64,000 bases of DNA from positions 76,138,001 through 76,202,000 of the forward strand of contig OZ076409.1 of assembly GCA_964187785.1 (NCBI GenBank). Reading direction: 5' to 3'. Position numbers and translations under genes: made by a program. The notes below the pieces were generated by a model. That model worked only from the letters and a program-made list of their open reading frames with translations, did not search any database and was not told where the DNA came from. Shown here piece by piece: positions 14,186-25,900 of this stretch; position 1 is the stretch's first letter; every line of letters begins with the position of its first letter. The DNA comes from Amphiscolops sp. MND2022 (Eukaryota).

Positions 14186-17100
14186 ATGTCGCGTGGTCGA
14201 CCAACTGGAAGCAGAGGTAGAGGCAGGCGTGCCACCAATCGGAATCGATGCCCAATTCACAATATCTTTCTCTCTGGCGAAGTATGCAGAAGATGCGAGG
14301 AGATACAGCAGTTTGAGGAACAGCAAGAGATGCGCGTAGAAGCAGCTACAGATGAAATTGAAGACAGTGTCCCCTTTCCCCCAGATGTCCCCAACGGTGC
14401 TGAGACGAGACAGGAGATGTGCGCAAAGTGTTGCAGGACGACAACGGACAATTACAGACTTGACTTTCAAACTTTACACCGTGACTCACTTCATACAACT
14501 ATGTTTGGTAAAACAGTGGCAGAGATGACTGGTGAAACAGCTACTCTCTGTCAAGAATGTGTTACTTACAACAACAATGCGACTCGTCATACTGATTGGC
14601 CTAATGCCTGGCCAAGCGTTATGTATACTTTACTTTTCGAAACTCATAGGTTTAGTTCTGACGCCGAAAAACTGTTTTACTTACTACCACATGAAATTAG
14701 ACAATCTTATAAAAATCACTTCAATGTAATTCATCCAACGGTGTCTACTGATACGACTGTTTCTACTTTCAGGGATATAACAAAAGAAAAAGAACATTTT
14801 TGGCAACTTATTAACAACCGAAAAGCTAAGACTTTAGTACAAGCTCTCACTAATTTCTGTTTCCCGAATGTTAGGTGTCCCGCGGGTTGCTTTGAATTCG
14901 TCGAGAAAGCTAATGGAATTTGCTTTGCTCATTTTCTAAACTACCTGTACCCTACTTTTACCAGTTTTAATGCCAACAGTAGGAAATTTTTGAATGGAAC
15001 ACGTGATGACTTTTTGGAACCAGTTACACTTTTGCAAAAATTTAAAATTTCTCCATGTATTATCAAAAACGAAAAAGGGTTGCAGCTTGTTACGTGTTCT
15101 GACCATAGTAAAGGCGTTCCTTTGAAATACGTACATGTACCAACTAACCCAGTTTCAGCTAATATAAGTCCGAAATTCGCAGACAGGTTAGCTCCAATGG
15201 TGTCCAGTGTTAGGACTTTTCGACCACTGAAGATCGGGTCAAAAAGTTGCACTTTCACAATGTGCCGCGTTGACAGTGGAAGGGTCAGCGGCGTAAGTTC
15301 AACTGTTCTGCACAAGTACAGGTACTTCGAGGCTCCTTATAATAAGCTTTTGATAAAACTAGAGAAACTTTTGATAAACTTTCGCGGTGACATCAAAGAC
15401 GTGATTAGAACATGTTGTAAAAATGAGGAGCTTAGTGAGAGTGCGGCTGAGCATTATTTGAATTCTTTACCACCGGTTACTTCTGCTCTTGTTGAAAAAC
15501 ATTGTTCAAACGCTGTTGTGTTCGACATGAACACTCTGATGAGAATGAAAGACTTTGTAGAAAGCTGTCCTGATGACATAGTAAGACAAGAAGACTTAAA
15601 AATACCTTTAGTTTTGGGACACAAGTTTGATGACTACGGGCAAGAACCCCCTTGTTTTCCTAAAGCTTTCATCGATGATACCAACATTTTTCCATTCGTT
15701 GCGGCTTTCTCCACAAACAGTTCACTCTTTCATAAACTTGTTAGCTCAGCAACAGATGATGAACATTCACAGGTTGTTTTGAGAATGTTACAAAAACTTA
15801 GACAAAACACTCGTTTACCTAAAACTAGAACCATTGAAGCAAACCTAAATCAATTTAAAAATGCTATCGTTCATCTTGTTGAAACGGAAAATGATCTATT
15901 TCTAGCCTTTTGTGAAAAATTAGAGGGTTGTTTGGTTGTAAAATGTCGACAAGCTGAAGTATCCAATTTCCTAATAGACTGCTCGAGGTATGATGTAATT
16001 TTGTTCGCTTCCTCTGCTTCCCACGGAAGAGAACATCAGATACCTTTCCAGTTGACTTCGATTAATGGTAAAACTTTTGATCTTACTTTAGTATCTGCTG
16101 AAGGCAAAGCTAGTGTCAGATATGGGGAGCCTTTTTACGGATTTTGGACTTTAAAAGAAAATGGTAACAAGTTTGTAAAAGATCCAATGCTCGAATATCA
16201 ATATAACCGAAACTGGAAGTTCCTAGTTTACACCTGTAGAACCGACTTGGAAGAAAAAACAAAACTGCGTTACTTGAAATACATGGGTGGTCAAGGTATT
16301 TTCTTTTGCCGGGAACATAATTTGCCTTTAACAACTGATTACCTTAGGAGCAATAGGAAATGTAGTGTTCCGAGAAACACCATTGGTATTTGTACTCGTA
16401 AGTCTGCGTGGCGCTGTCCTGAAAAAGAGTGCTGTGCCTCTGTTTGCAAAACTCACTTTGCCGAGTTCTGCGATAGCACCGATCGTGTTCTCGTCGATAA
16501 CACACCGTCTGTTGAACCGATCAATGACAGCAGTGACGAAGAACATGATGTGCCAGCAGCTGAGGTTGACGAGCCGGTCGTGGGACACGACAACTTGTTT
16601 AATTTGGACTCTGTTCAAAGACCAGAAGAAGACCCAGAAGCAAATATGAACGAGTTCGACTGCCCTGAGTTAATTGTCGATGCGGGAGTACAGGAATCCG
16701 GCAATTTTGCTACAGACTCCGGCTGCGAACCTGTTTACTTATGTAATGACTCCAAATTTGTGCCAATGCACGTTTTATTAAATGGTGAATGTCAGCTAAT
16801 GAAACGGTTGAAGTATCCTAAGCACGTAGGCAAAAAATTTCAACGATTTTTTCAAAATTTTGTATCAACACTACCAGGTAGGTCAATTCCTTTACTTCAA
16901 CCTGAGGCTTGTTTGTTCCCTAGCATTTTTTATAAACAATTAGAAGATGGGTCTTTTCCCGGCGCTTTGCCGTTTTTCCTTTACGACGACAAAAAGGCGA
17001 ATTCCAAATTTGATTATGATGGCTTGCACGAACACTTAAGGTTAAGACTTAAAGACGGAACACTTCTAACATCATCAAACTTGTCATACATCATGCACGC

Positions 17101-17824
17101 ATTCGATGCCGTTTTAAATTTATCCTTAACAAAATGCCACACAAACCAGTTTTTCAAAAGAGGTTTGCAGACAATTTCTATTGGTAAGTATAGACCACAC
17201 CAGCTAACGTCAACAGAAAGTGTTTTAAAAATGGACAGTGTCGATAGCGATGTACATGTTAACCGGTTGGGAACAGCTTGCGCATCTGAAACACCTGATT
17301 TGTTTGTAACATTCACTTGTAATCAAAAAGAACATCCGGGAGTAGCAGAAGTAGTACAGGCTATTTACGAACTTTTTGGGTCAGCAACAACAGAAGAGCT
17401 AAAAGAAATACTCCAAGCGTACATGGTAATTATTGTGCGATGTTGGACCAGAACCATCGAATTTTTACTAGACTACCTCAGGTTCTCTGACGAACACATT
17501 TTAGGCGAAATTTTGAAAGTGTGGGGTAGGGCTGAATTCCAGAGTGCTGCCGGAAATTTACAGCATTACCACATTCTTTTTTGGTTGAAACCTTCAGACG
17601 AAGACGTTTTGGAAAAAATTCAATGTGCTCAGAAACATGTTCTGCACCATTTTAAAAAACTGTTTGAAATCAATTTTGGGACTGTCAATAGTGAAGAACA
17701 CGCAGGTAGATTGTACGATGACTGTGTTCGTATTCAAACACATGACTGTGAAAAAGGCCACTTGTCCCTCGGAAGAATTATTCGCTTCTTTTACAAGCAA
17801 GATCAACTTCTTCAAGATTCCTAA
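14186..17824 (+). CDS. Helitron-like HUH endonuclease (Rep) protein, ~1212 aa, apparently C-terminally truncated
   Basis: First ATG at 14186. Rep motif 1 DLFVTFTCN (17297-17323) and motif 2 EFQSAAGNLQHYHILFW (17534-17584) match Helitron FxTFTCN and EFQxxGxxHxHxLxW. The N-terminus is basic (RGRPTGSRGRGRR) and there are several Cys/His clusters (CPIH..CRRC, CAKC..CQEC, CPAGC, CREH, CPEKECCASVCKTH). No YxxKY motif or Walker A was seen. Confidence 0.85.
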   Translation: MSRGRPTGSRGRGRRATNRNRCPIHNIFLSGEVCRRCEEIQQFEEQQEMRVEAATDEIEDSVPFPPDVPNGAETRQEMCAKCCRTTTDNYRLDFQTLHRDSLHTTMFGKTVAEMTGETATLCQECVTYNNNATRHTDWPNAWPSVMYTLLFETHRFSSDAEKLFYLLPHEIRQSYKNHFNVIHPTVSTDTTVSTFRDITKEKEHFWQLINNRKAKTLVQALTNFCFPNVRCPAGCFEFVEKANGICFAHFLNYLYPTFTSFNANSRKFLNGTRDDFLEPVTLLQKFKISPCIIKNEKGLQLVTCSDHSKGVPLKYVHVPTNPVSANISPKFADRLAPMVSSVRTFRPLKIGSKSCTFTMCRVDSGRVSGVSSTVLHKYRYFEAPYNKLLIKLEKLLINFRGDIKDVIRTCCKNEELSESAAEHYLNSLPPVTSALVEKHCSNAVVFDMNTLMRMKDFVESCPDDIVRQEDLKIPLVLGHKFDDYGQEPPCFPKAFIDDTNIFPFVAAFSTNSSLFHKLVSSATDDEHSQVVLRMLQKLRQNTRLPKTRTIEANLNQFKNAIVHLVETENDLFLAFCEKLEGCLVVKCRQAEVSNFLIDCSRYDVILFASSASHGREHQIPFQLTSINGKTFDLTLVSAEGKASVRYGEPFYGFWTLKENGNKFVKDPMLEYQYNRNWKFLVYTCRTDLEEKTKLRYLKYMGGQGIFFCREHNLPLTTDYLRSNRKCSVPRNTIGICTRKSAWRCPEKECCASVCKTHFAEFCDSTDRVLVDNTPSVEPINDSSDEEHDVPAAEVDEPVVGHDNLFNLDSVQRPEEDPEANMNEFDCPELIVDAGVQESGNFATDSGCEPVYLCNDSKFVPMHVLLNGECQLMKRLKYPKHVGKKFQRFFQNFVSTLPGRSIPLLQPEACLFPSIFYKQLEDGSFPGALPFFLYDDKKANSKFDYDGLHEHLRLRLKDGTLLTSSNLSYIMHAFDAVLNLSLTKCHTNQFFKRGLQTISIGKYRPHQLTSTESVLKMDSVDSDVHVNRLGTACASETPDLFVTFTCNQKEHPGVAEVVQAIYELFGSATTEELKEILQAYMVIIVRCWTRTIEFLLDYLRFSDEHILGEILKVWGRAEFQSAAGNLQHYHILFWLKPSDEDVLEKIQCAQKHVLHHFKKLFEINFGTVNSEEHAGRLYDDCVRIQTHDCEKGHLSLGRIIRFFYKQDQLLQDS

Positions 17825-18076
17825 AACTTGCGCTTTGTCAGTTTAAGCCCTTTAGGTGCTTAAACTGACTTTTTTCCTCTCTTTTCTCTTCTTTTCCGCC
17901 TTTTTCTTTTTTAGGGTTCTGGCGACGTGGAAGAGTGGAGAGGAAACTTGGCCTGCTTGCAGGATTGCCAGCTGTCTTCGTGGAAAAAGTTGTGCTTGTC
18001 TACGTCCTTGCTTCAACTTGGACCCGAAGCAGCTGTCTCACAAATTGCGCCCAGTTTGCCAAGTTTTCTGGGTTGA

Positions 18077-18245
18077 AACAAAAAACCAGAAATTCCAAAA
18101 AAAAACAAAAAAAGGCTGTTTACCAGCCTACAAAACATAAAAAAAATATGTATAACCCTGTAAAACCCAAAAAAAAACAAAAAAAAACAACAAAAAAACA
18201 AAAAAAACAAAAAAAAAACAAAAATCCAAAAAAAAACAAAAACAC
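18077..18245. repeat. A-rich low-complexity tract, (A)nC-like
   Basis: Runs such as aaaaaaacaacaaaaaaacaaaaaaaacaaaaaaaaaaca lie between the two ORFs. Confidence 0.9.
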
Positions 18246-18872
18246 TTTCAATAATGGAAAGTGTGGATTGTTTTTACTTTTTAAGCTTTTTCATCAACAT
18301 TTTTAAAATTTTCATAGTTTTTTAATACGAAAATCTTTTTACTCAATTCTGAATATTTTTAAAATTTTCCATTTTTTCCAATCTAATCCGAATTTTTCTA
18401 ATTCATCCAACTTTTCTGCAACTCGAACGTAGTTAATTGGCTCGACTCCACTATCTTTACTAATGTAATTTACTACACTAACAAAGAGGAGTTAAGCTCC
18501 TAATTTTACATTATCTTAAGCTTTTAATTGTACATAAACCTGTATATATTGAACTTGTCGATAGTGTTTTATTTGTATTATAATCATTAGCGTACAGTTC
18601 AGCAAGATTGGTGGTATGGACTTTTCAATGACTTCCCGGTTTCCATTAAAACAGGTGTCAATTTAATCCGTTCTAAACAATCGTAACTTGTATATGGTGT
18701 AAAACTGTACATATACATTTCCTTTTCACTGGTTTACTGACTCGTTTCGGACAATTCAAGAGTATTTTGAGACCAAAACTAATTGTGACCCGGCTTAGAC
18801 GAACGCTTCCATTTGCTTGGTGAAAAATAACATTTTGAAAACATGACTTATGTTTTCAGATTTCTTGTGAAT

Positions 18873-19859
18873 ATGCCGAGCTTCCTTGAAGCTAAATTGA
18901 ATCTTGCCAGTGCGCAATTGAAAACCGCGAAGTTTACCACAATTGATCCATCAAAGTTTGAAGGTCAGGACAACCTTCCAAGGCTCTTCAAACTGTCAGT
19001 CACCTTCTTGTATGCATCTCAGCCCGCCAAAAAGATAGGTTACTCCAAAACGACAAAGAATTATGGACAGGCCTCGAGGAAGTTGGAAGTTGACAAGTAT
19101 CATCGGTTCTTCCTCTTGAACGCAGCAGGTTCGTCATGCTGCTATGCCTTATTTTCCGAGAACTCAGAAGAATCACGAAAAATGTTAAGATATGCCGCGT
19201 ACTTTGGTCCGGGCACACAGCTCAATTTGTTAAAGCCGGAGTTGATTGGGCATCTGTCACGTGGGCAAACGATGCTGCTCAAAACAAATGAGCCCCTAGT
19301 ACCGGTTGCCACGCCAACTCAAATTCCAGTTCCGCCGCCTTTCGACGTCGAGAGCAGTAATTACTGCGGTTTCCTGTTCACTACCAAAGCCCTGAAGTTA
19401 GACTCCGCTTTGGTGGCTGAGAATGTCTGTCCCTCCACGCTTTGTGACGGGCAGACATATCACGAAGCGTGCCCATGCCTAGAAACAAGTCAGGACAAAA
19501 CTTGGGTTATCTCCCTGGCGTTCACTTGTCCCGAATTAACAACCGAAATCAACAATACCGGGGATGTTTTCAGAGTGACGTCAAACGCCCTAACCAATTT
19601 CTTTGTTACCCCAACTGCCCGTTGCTTAAAAGGTGACAATGAAAAGCTCGACAGGTTCGAGTTGGACGACGCTGTGGAAAAATTAATTGAAAGCGTGAAC
19701 GGATCACAAGGGTTCACAATCCAAGGGTGGTTTAAGCCAGCAATCGATGAGGAGGGGGTTGCTGTTGAGAATAAGAAATTCCATATTTGCAACATCGCGC
19801 CAGCAACTGCCCTCTCCGACACGCAGCTAGCCCTACGCTACAACGGAAAATCAACTTGA
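18873..19859 (+). CDS. Hypothetical accessory protein (~328 aa) with a Cys cluster; possibly OB-fold/ssDNA-binding
   Basis: 1-kb ORF with higher GC than its flanks. A splice-acceptor-like tgttttcag ends at 18859, just before ATG 18873 (the track's ATG at 18843 would then be intronic). Motif CPSTLCDGQ...CPC. The function is inferred only. Confidence 0.7.
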   Translation: MPSFLEAKLNLASAQLKTAKFTTIDPSKFEGQDNLPRLFKLSVTFLYASQPAKKIGYSKTTKNYGQASRKLEVDKYHRFFLLNAAGSSCCYALFSENSEESRKMLRYAAYFGPGTQLNLLKPELIGHLSRGQTMLLKTNEPLVPVATPTQIPVPPPFDVESSNYCGFLFTTKALKLDSALVAENVCPSTLCDGQTYHEACPCLETSQDKTWVISLAFTCPELTTEINNTGDVFRVTSNALTNFFVTPTARCLKGDNEKLDRFELDDAVEKLIESVNGSQGFTIQGWFKPAIDEEGVAVENKKFHICNIAPATALSDTQLALRYNGKST

Positions 19860-19894
19860 TGTGATGCAGAAAATACTAGCTACATTCAGCGCTG

Positions 19895-19944
19895 TTGTGG
19901 TGAATAGTGTGTGGTCCTTTTGAGACCTCGGCTATTCACCACAA
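19895..19944. other. Long hairpin 3' of ORF2 in the coding element
   Basis: TTGTGGTGAATAG / CTATTCACCACAA are perfect 13-bp arms, with an inner GGTC/GACC pair. Confidence 0.8.
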
Positions 19945-22900
19945 TTTAAACTCAAAATACTCTTGCTTGTTGTTGATAACATGTTATCGGTTATTTCTGT
20001 TTTAATTGAAACGAAATCCACAGGTAATGGGAAAATTGGAAAGGTAGATAAGAACTAATAGCATTTTTTCTACCTGGTACTTTTTTTTCAAATAAGCCAC
20101 TGAGTGAGCAGTTAGGAGGTTGACATGAAATCAAAGTAGGATTTTAAGAGAATTAAAAAAAACTCTAGTGTAAATTCTAAAACTCAATTGGAATATGTGC
20201 GAACATTTATGTAACGACAACACTACCGCATTCTTGAACATCATTAACCACTAATTAACCTATCAACCAACACCCGACTGAAGACGACCCTTCTCCAATC
20301 ACGTAAGTAACTTTTACCTTTTTAAACAGTTTCCTGCCTTCTTGACTCTCTCCGTTCAACCGTGCACGTCTAGGTGGTCGGTATTCTTTACTACCTCATG
20401 CTCTGAGGGCGGGGTAGGGCCCCTCGCCCGATCCTAATCCTTAGGATTTTAAACATAAGGCCAATAATTCAGATTTTGGCGATCTCGAAAACTAACCTTA
20501 CGATTTGGCTGAAATTTTGCATGCGGCTCCCTATGACAGATATAAGAACAAATCCCTAGTGGCATTTTGCTGGGAAAATTCAGTTTTTGGGTCAAAATCA
20601 CTATTTTAGGTCCAAAAAATGGCGTTTTTTCGGAAAATTTTTTTTCAAGAGCCAATATCTCGCTCCCAGGTGCTCGGAGCGGGTCGCATGTGGACGTTGA
20701 TATTGCTGGGCACTTCGTAAGGAGTCCGTAGACAAATTTTGGTTCAGATCGGATGAAAATTGACTGAGTAATAGAAAACTTTGAAAGGCATTTTGTCGAA
20801 AATTTTTGAAATCCCAGTCTATCTCTGCCGTTTTTTGCCCAGATTTTTTTCCAGGACCTCTCCTAAAGGCCTCCCCTGGCCGGTTTACCTCCCAGAAAAA
20901 CCATTTGGCCCTTTTGCCGCAGTTTCAGCAATCCAGGATTCCCCGGGTAAAAGTAAAATGACTTAGAATTTTTTCGAAAAATTTTCAAATTTTTTTTTTC
21001 AACTTTAGGCCTCCCAAAGTCAAGAAACGTCCACACAACTAGTATTGCAAGTGGATGCATGTGGAAAGTGCTCGAATAGACGAGAAAAATGAGCTATTAT
21101 AAACCTCTGTAGGTCAACCTGACGTTGACTTATGACAATTTTAGTGTGAGCTTGCTAAGTGACAAAAAATTTCAAAAATTGAAAATCGAAGCATAGTCTC
21201 ATCCAAACTCCTCGGAATACGTTCAATCCAAGCCAAAGCGGATTAAATCCAGCTATATAGTGCAGCAACACCATTCAAGTTGTTTTTGACTCCTTTTAAT
21301 AAGTTTTGACACTGTCTTATTCATCCGAAAGTTCGAAACAGTCAAGTACATTCCATCTCCCTTTAGGGAGATGGTAATGTACTCACCAAAAACCAAGTAC
21401 TATTGCCCTTTTTATACCTGGAAAGGCCCTAGAAATGCAGTAGCGTGAGCTCCAGGTCGTTTGCAGTAGCCTTCACGTGTGTTGTGACTTTGCTATAAAA
21501 CTAACTATGTTACTAAAAGTGAAAAAAAATTTCTCTTCAAAAAACTATTATATTTACACGTTTTGTTGTCAAATACAATTACTAAACAAATAGCGCCCCC
21601 TTGTCCACTGTTCAACCGTGCACGTCTAGGTGGTCCGGTACACTACCAACAAAACATTGTCGCGAGCAACGGGGAGGGTCCTGTAGCGAGCTTTATAGGA
21701 AAAAAACGGCGGAGCATATATACTAGGCAACATCGGCACTTTTACCCACGATCTCTGAAATGAACCATACGATCCGGCTCAAAATTTGCATACGGCTTCC
21801 TCTAGCGATTCTAAGAACTTTTCCCTACTGGCATTTTGCCCGGAAAATTCAAAAAGTGGGTCAAAATCTTAGTTTTTTGGTCGAAAAATGGCGTTTTTTT
21901 GGAAAAAATTTTTTTAAGAGCCCATATCTCGCTCCCAGGTGCTCGGAGCGGGTCGCATGTGGACGTTGATATTGCTGGGCACTTCTTAAGGAGTCCGTAG
22001 ACAAATTTTCGTACAGATCGGATGAAAATTGACTGAGTAATAGCCGCAAATCCGACGAATTTTTCAGAAAATTTTGGTACACCTAGTCTATCTCTGCCGT
22101 TTTTTGCCCAGATTTTTTTCCAGGACCTCTCCTAAAGGCCTCCCCTGGCCGGTTTACCTCCCAGAAAAACCATTTGGCCCTTTTGCCGCAGTTTCAGCGT
22201 TCCAGGATTCCCCGGGTAAAAGATAAATGACTTAGAATTTTTTCGAAAATTTTTCAAAATTTTTTTTTCAACTTCAGGCCCCCCAAAGTCAAGAAACTTC
22301 CACACAACTAGTATTGCAAGTGAATGCATGTGGAAAGTGCTCGAATAGACGAGAAAAATGAGCTATTATAAAGTTCTGTAGCTTAACCTGACGTTGACTT
22401 ATGACAATTTTAGTGTGAGCTTGCTATGTGAGAAAAAATTTCATAAATTGAAAATCGAAGCTAAGTCTCATCGGAATACGTTCAGTGGACCCCAGCGCTG
22501 TTTAAATGCCGCTGTTTAGTGCAGCAACGCCCTTTAAGGTCATTTGATCCATTTTTTACAGGTTTTGACACCGTCTTATCCATTCGAAAGTTCGAAAGAG
22601 TTGTGTACATTCCATCTCCCCCCTTCTATGGGGGAGATGGTAATGTACACGCAAAAAGCCAAGTACTACTGTTCTTTTTATACTTGGAGTGGCCTCGGCA
22701 ATGCAGTAGCGGGAGCTCCAGGTCGTTTGCCGTAGCCTTATTGTCTGTTTAGACTTTGCTACAACAGAAACTATGTTACTGATCATGAAAAAGATTGTTT
22801 CAATCCAAATGTTTTTTCAAATAATAATACCAAATAACACATGTCCATATATCCACTATTGCCACTAAATACTGGCGCATCGTCGCACAACGAAGCCTGC

Positions 22901-25900
22901 AGCGCTAGGTGCCGGGATTTCTATTCGTTCGAGTATGTGGCGCGTGTGGGTAGGGCCCCTGGCGCGCTCTTGTGTTTGGGGGTTTCCTACTTCTAAATCA
23001 CGTTCAGATTTCCGGGATCTCGTAAACTATCCATACGATTTGGCTGAAATTTGGCACACGTACCCCCCTCGGCACGGTGAAGATGATTTCCTACTGACGT
23101 TTTTCCCGCTAAACATTTTTTGTTGACCAAAATAACGGTTTTTGGTGGAAAATTTTTGATTTTTTTTAAATTTTATCTTATATCTCGCCACGGGTCCACG
23201 CTAGCGCTTCCAAACCTTGCTGACGAAACCTCGCAAACTGTCTCAGGAATGCTGTGTGAAATTTTCAGCTCAATCGGACTTAAACTCGGGGAGATATAGC
23301 GTTTTTCCGGAGCGGGGGGTTTCATTTTTCTAACGGTCCAGCTTATCTTTGCCATTTTTTCGAAAATGCACTCGCCTAAAGGCCTCCCCTGGCCGGTTTT
23401 ACTCCCAAAAAAACCATTTGGCCCTAAATACGGAGTTTCAGCGTTCTAGCATTCCGGGGCGAAAAGTTGTGGTACTTAGTAAATTTCAAAAATTTTCAAA
23501 AATTTTTTTTTCGTTATTTGGGCCCCCAAAGTGGGGGAAAAGACCCCCCAACCAGTAATTTGAGTGAATTCATGTGGAAAGGCCATGTTTAGCGGCGAAA
23601 AATGCTTTTTAGATCGTCTTTTTATTTTAACCTGTTGTTGACTTATGTTGTTTTGAAGGTGATGTTTGGATGTGTGAAGCATGTGAAAAGGTAATTTTTT
23701 GTGTCTTTATCTCTTCTAAAAGCCATTGAGATGCAATCTGTTTTGCTCAAAACGTAATTCAATGCAATTTGGCAGTCAATGAACACAATTTGGTGTCTTT
23801 TGTTATATTTTTCTGTTGATATAATAAAAAATTTTGTGTCTTTATTAATTTTTTTAAATAAAATAACTTGAAACAGTTGAGTACATTCCATCCCCCCCTT
23901 CCGGGGGAGATGGAAATGTACTCGCTAAAAGCCGCGAACAAGAGCCCATACCTTCCTGCGCTACGCAGTATAAAGATTGCATGTTGGTTCCGACTTTTTG
24001 GTAGTGTTATATCTTGGTAATTTGACTGAATATGGAGAAAAATCAGCAAGTGCTCTTTTATAGCAAATTGCTGACAACGACAATTTTTTTATATCAACGC
24101 CCCCATATTTATCAACGCCCCCCGTCCGTGGGCATGCCGAGGCATGCCCTTCGACGACGTATACCAAGATATACTCCGGAGCGCGGTAGCCGCTAGGTGC
24201 CATAATCCATCGATTTGCTCAACACTTCGAGGGCAGGGTAGGGCCCCTTGCCCGAGCCAAAACGTCGGATACTTACGACACTCAACGTAAGGCCAATGGG
24301 ACAGTCTAATATCGATCTCGAGAACTAGCCCCGCGATTTGGCTGAAATTTTGCATACGGCTTCCTATAACAATTCTAAGAACTATTTCCTACTGGCATTT
24401 TGCCCGGAAAAATCAAAAAGTGGGTCAAAATCTTAGATTTTTGGTCAAAAAATGGCGTTTTTTCAAAAAAATTTTTTTCAAGAGCCCATATCTCGCTCCC
24501 AGGTGCTCGGAGCGGGTCGCATGTGGACGTCGATATTGCTGGGCACTTCGTAAGGAGTCCGTAGACAAATTTTCGTCCAGATCGAATTAAAATTGACTGA
24601 GTAATAGCCGAAATTCGGACGCATTTTTTCGAAATTTTTGGTACACCTAGTCTATCTCTGCCGTTTTTTGCCCAGATTTTTTCCAGGACCTCTCCTAAAG
24701 ACCTCCCCTGGCCGGTTTACCTCCCAGAAAAACCATTTGGCCCTTTTGCCGCAGTTTCAGCGTTCCAGGATTCCTCGGGTAAAAGATAAATGACTTAGAA
24801 TTTTTTCGAAAAATTTTCAAAAATTTTTTTTTCAACTTCAGGCCTCCCAAAGTCAAGAAACGTCCACACAACTAGTATTGCAAGTGGATGCATGTGGAAA
24901 GTGCTCGAATAGACGAGAAAAATGAGCTATTATAAACCTCTGTAGCTCAACCTGACGTTGACTTATGACAATTTTAGTGTGAGCTTGCTATGTGAGAAAA
25001 AAATTCAAAAATTGAAAATTGAAGCTAAGTCTCATCCAAAACTCATCGGAATACGTTCAATCCATCCCAAAGCGGTTCAATTCCAGTTGAATAGAGCAGC
25101 AACACCATTCAAGGTCATTTGACCCATTTTGATAACTTTTGACCACGTCTTATCCATCCGAAAGTTCGAAACAGTTAAGTACATTCCATCTCCCCTCCGT
25201 GGGAGATGGTAATGTACTCGCAAAAAGCCAAGTACTACCACCCTATTCTACCCGTAGTGGTGCTAGAAATGCAGTAGCGTGAGCTCCAGGTTGTTTGCAG
25301 TAGCCTTTTCGTATGTTGTGATTATGTATTACAATTCTAACTCTGTTACTAAACATTAAAAAATTGTTTCAATCCCAAATTTTTTTTTCAACCTTAGTAT
25401 GTCACCAATAAAGATATATCCATCTTTCCTACTACAACCACCCTACCACCCGGCCCCTCGTATCTTTGTTCAACCGTACACGTCTAGGTGCCAAAACCCA
25501 ATGGTTTGCCAAACACTTCGAGGGCGGGGTAGGGCCCCCAGCCCGAGTCAAAAAGTCGAAGACTAACAACTTAAGGCCAATACTAAAACCTCCTATCGAT
25601 CTCGGAAACGGCCCATCAGATTTTGCTCAAATTTTGCATACGGCTTCCTCTAGCGATTCTAAGAACTAATCCCTACTGACGTTTTGCCCGGAAAAATCAA
25701 AAAGTGGGTCAAAATCTTAGATTTTTGGTTGAAAAATGGCGTTTTTTTGGAAAATTTTTTTTCAAGAGCCCATATCTCGCTCCCAGGTGCCCGTAGCGAC
25801 CAGACCTCGGACGGTACTATTGCTGGGCACTTCGTAAGGAGCCCGTAGACAAATTTTCGTCCAGATCGGATAAAAATTGATAGAGTAATAGCCGCCGATT

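Larger units (their letters stand above)
13151..20373 (+). mobile_element. Coding Helitron-like (rolling-circle) element embedded as one unit of the array; probably internally deleted
   Basis: The first ~780 bp (13151-~13932) match family A units such as 34363 and 35653. About 6.4 kb of unique sequence with two long ORFs follows. It ends gttcaaccgtgcacgtctag, the same tail type as 10 short units. It encodes HUH Rep motifs and ends in CTAG like Helitrons. Confidence 0.8.

Noticed and set aside
17521..17532. gtggggtagggc inside Rep resembles the head-hairpin loop
   Set aside because: It lacks the complementary stem and is explained by the W-G-R-A codons.
19975..19988. Perfect palindrome GATAACATGTTATC
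   Set aside because: It is a single AT-rich occurrence with no counterpart in other units, so chance cannot be excluded.
13151..20373. LTR retrotransposon or TIR DNA transposon
   Set aside because: There are no RT, integrase or DDE motifs, terminal inverted repeats or TSDs. The flanking repeats are array units.
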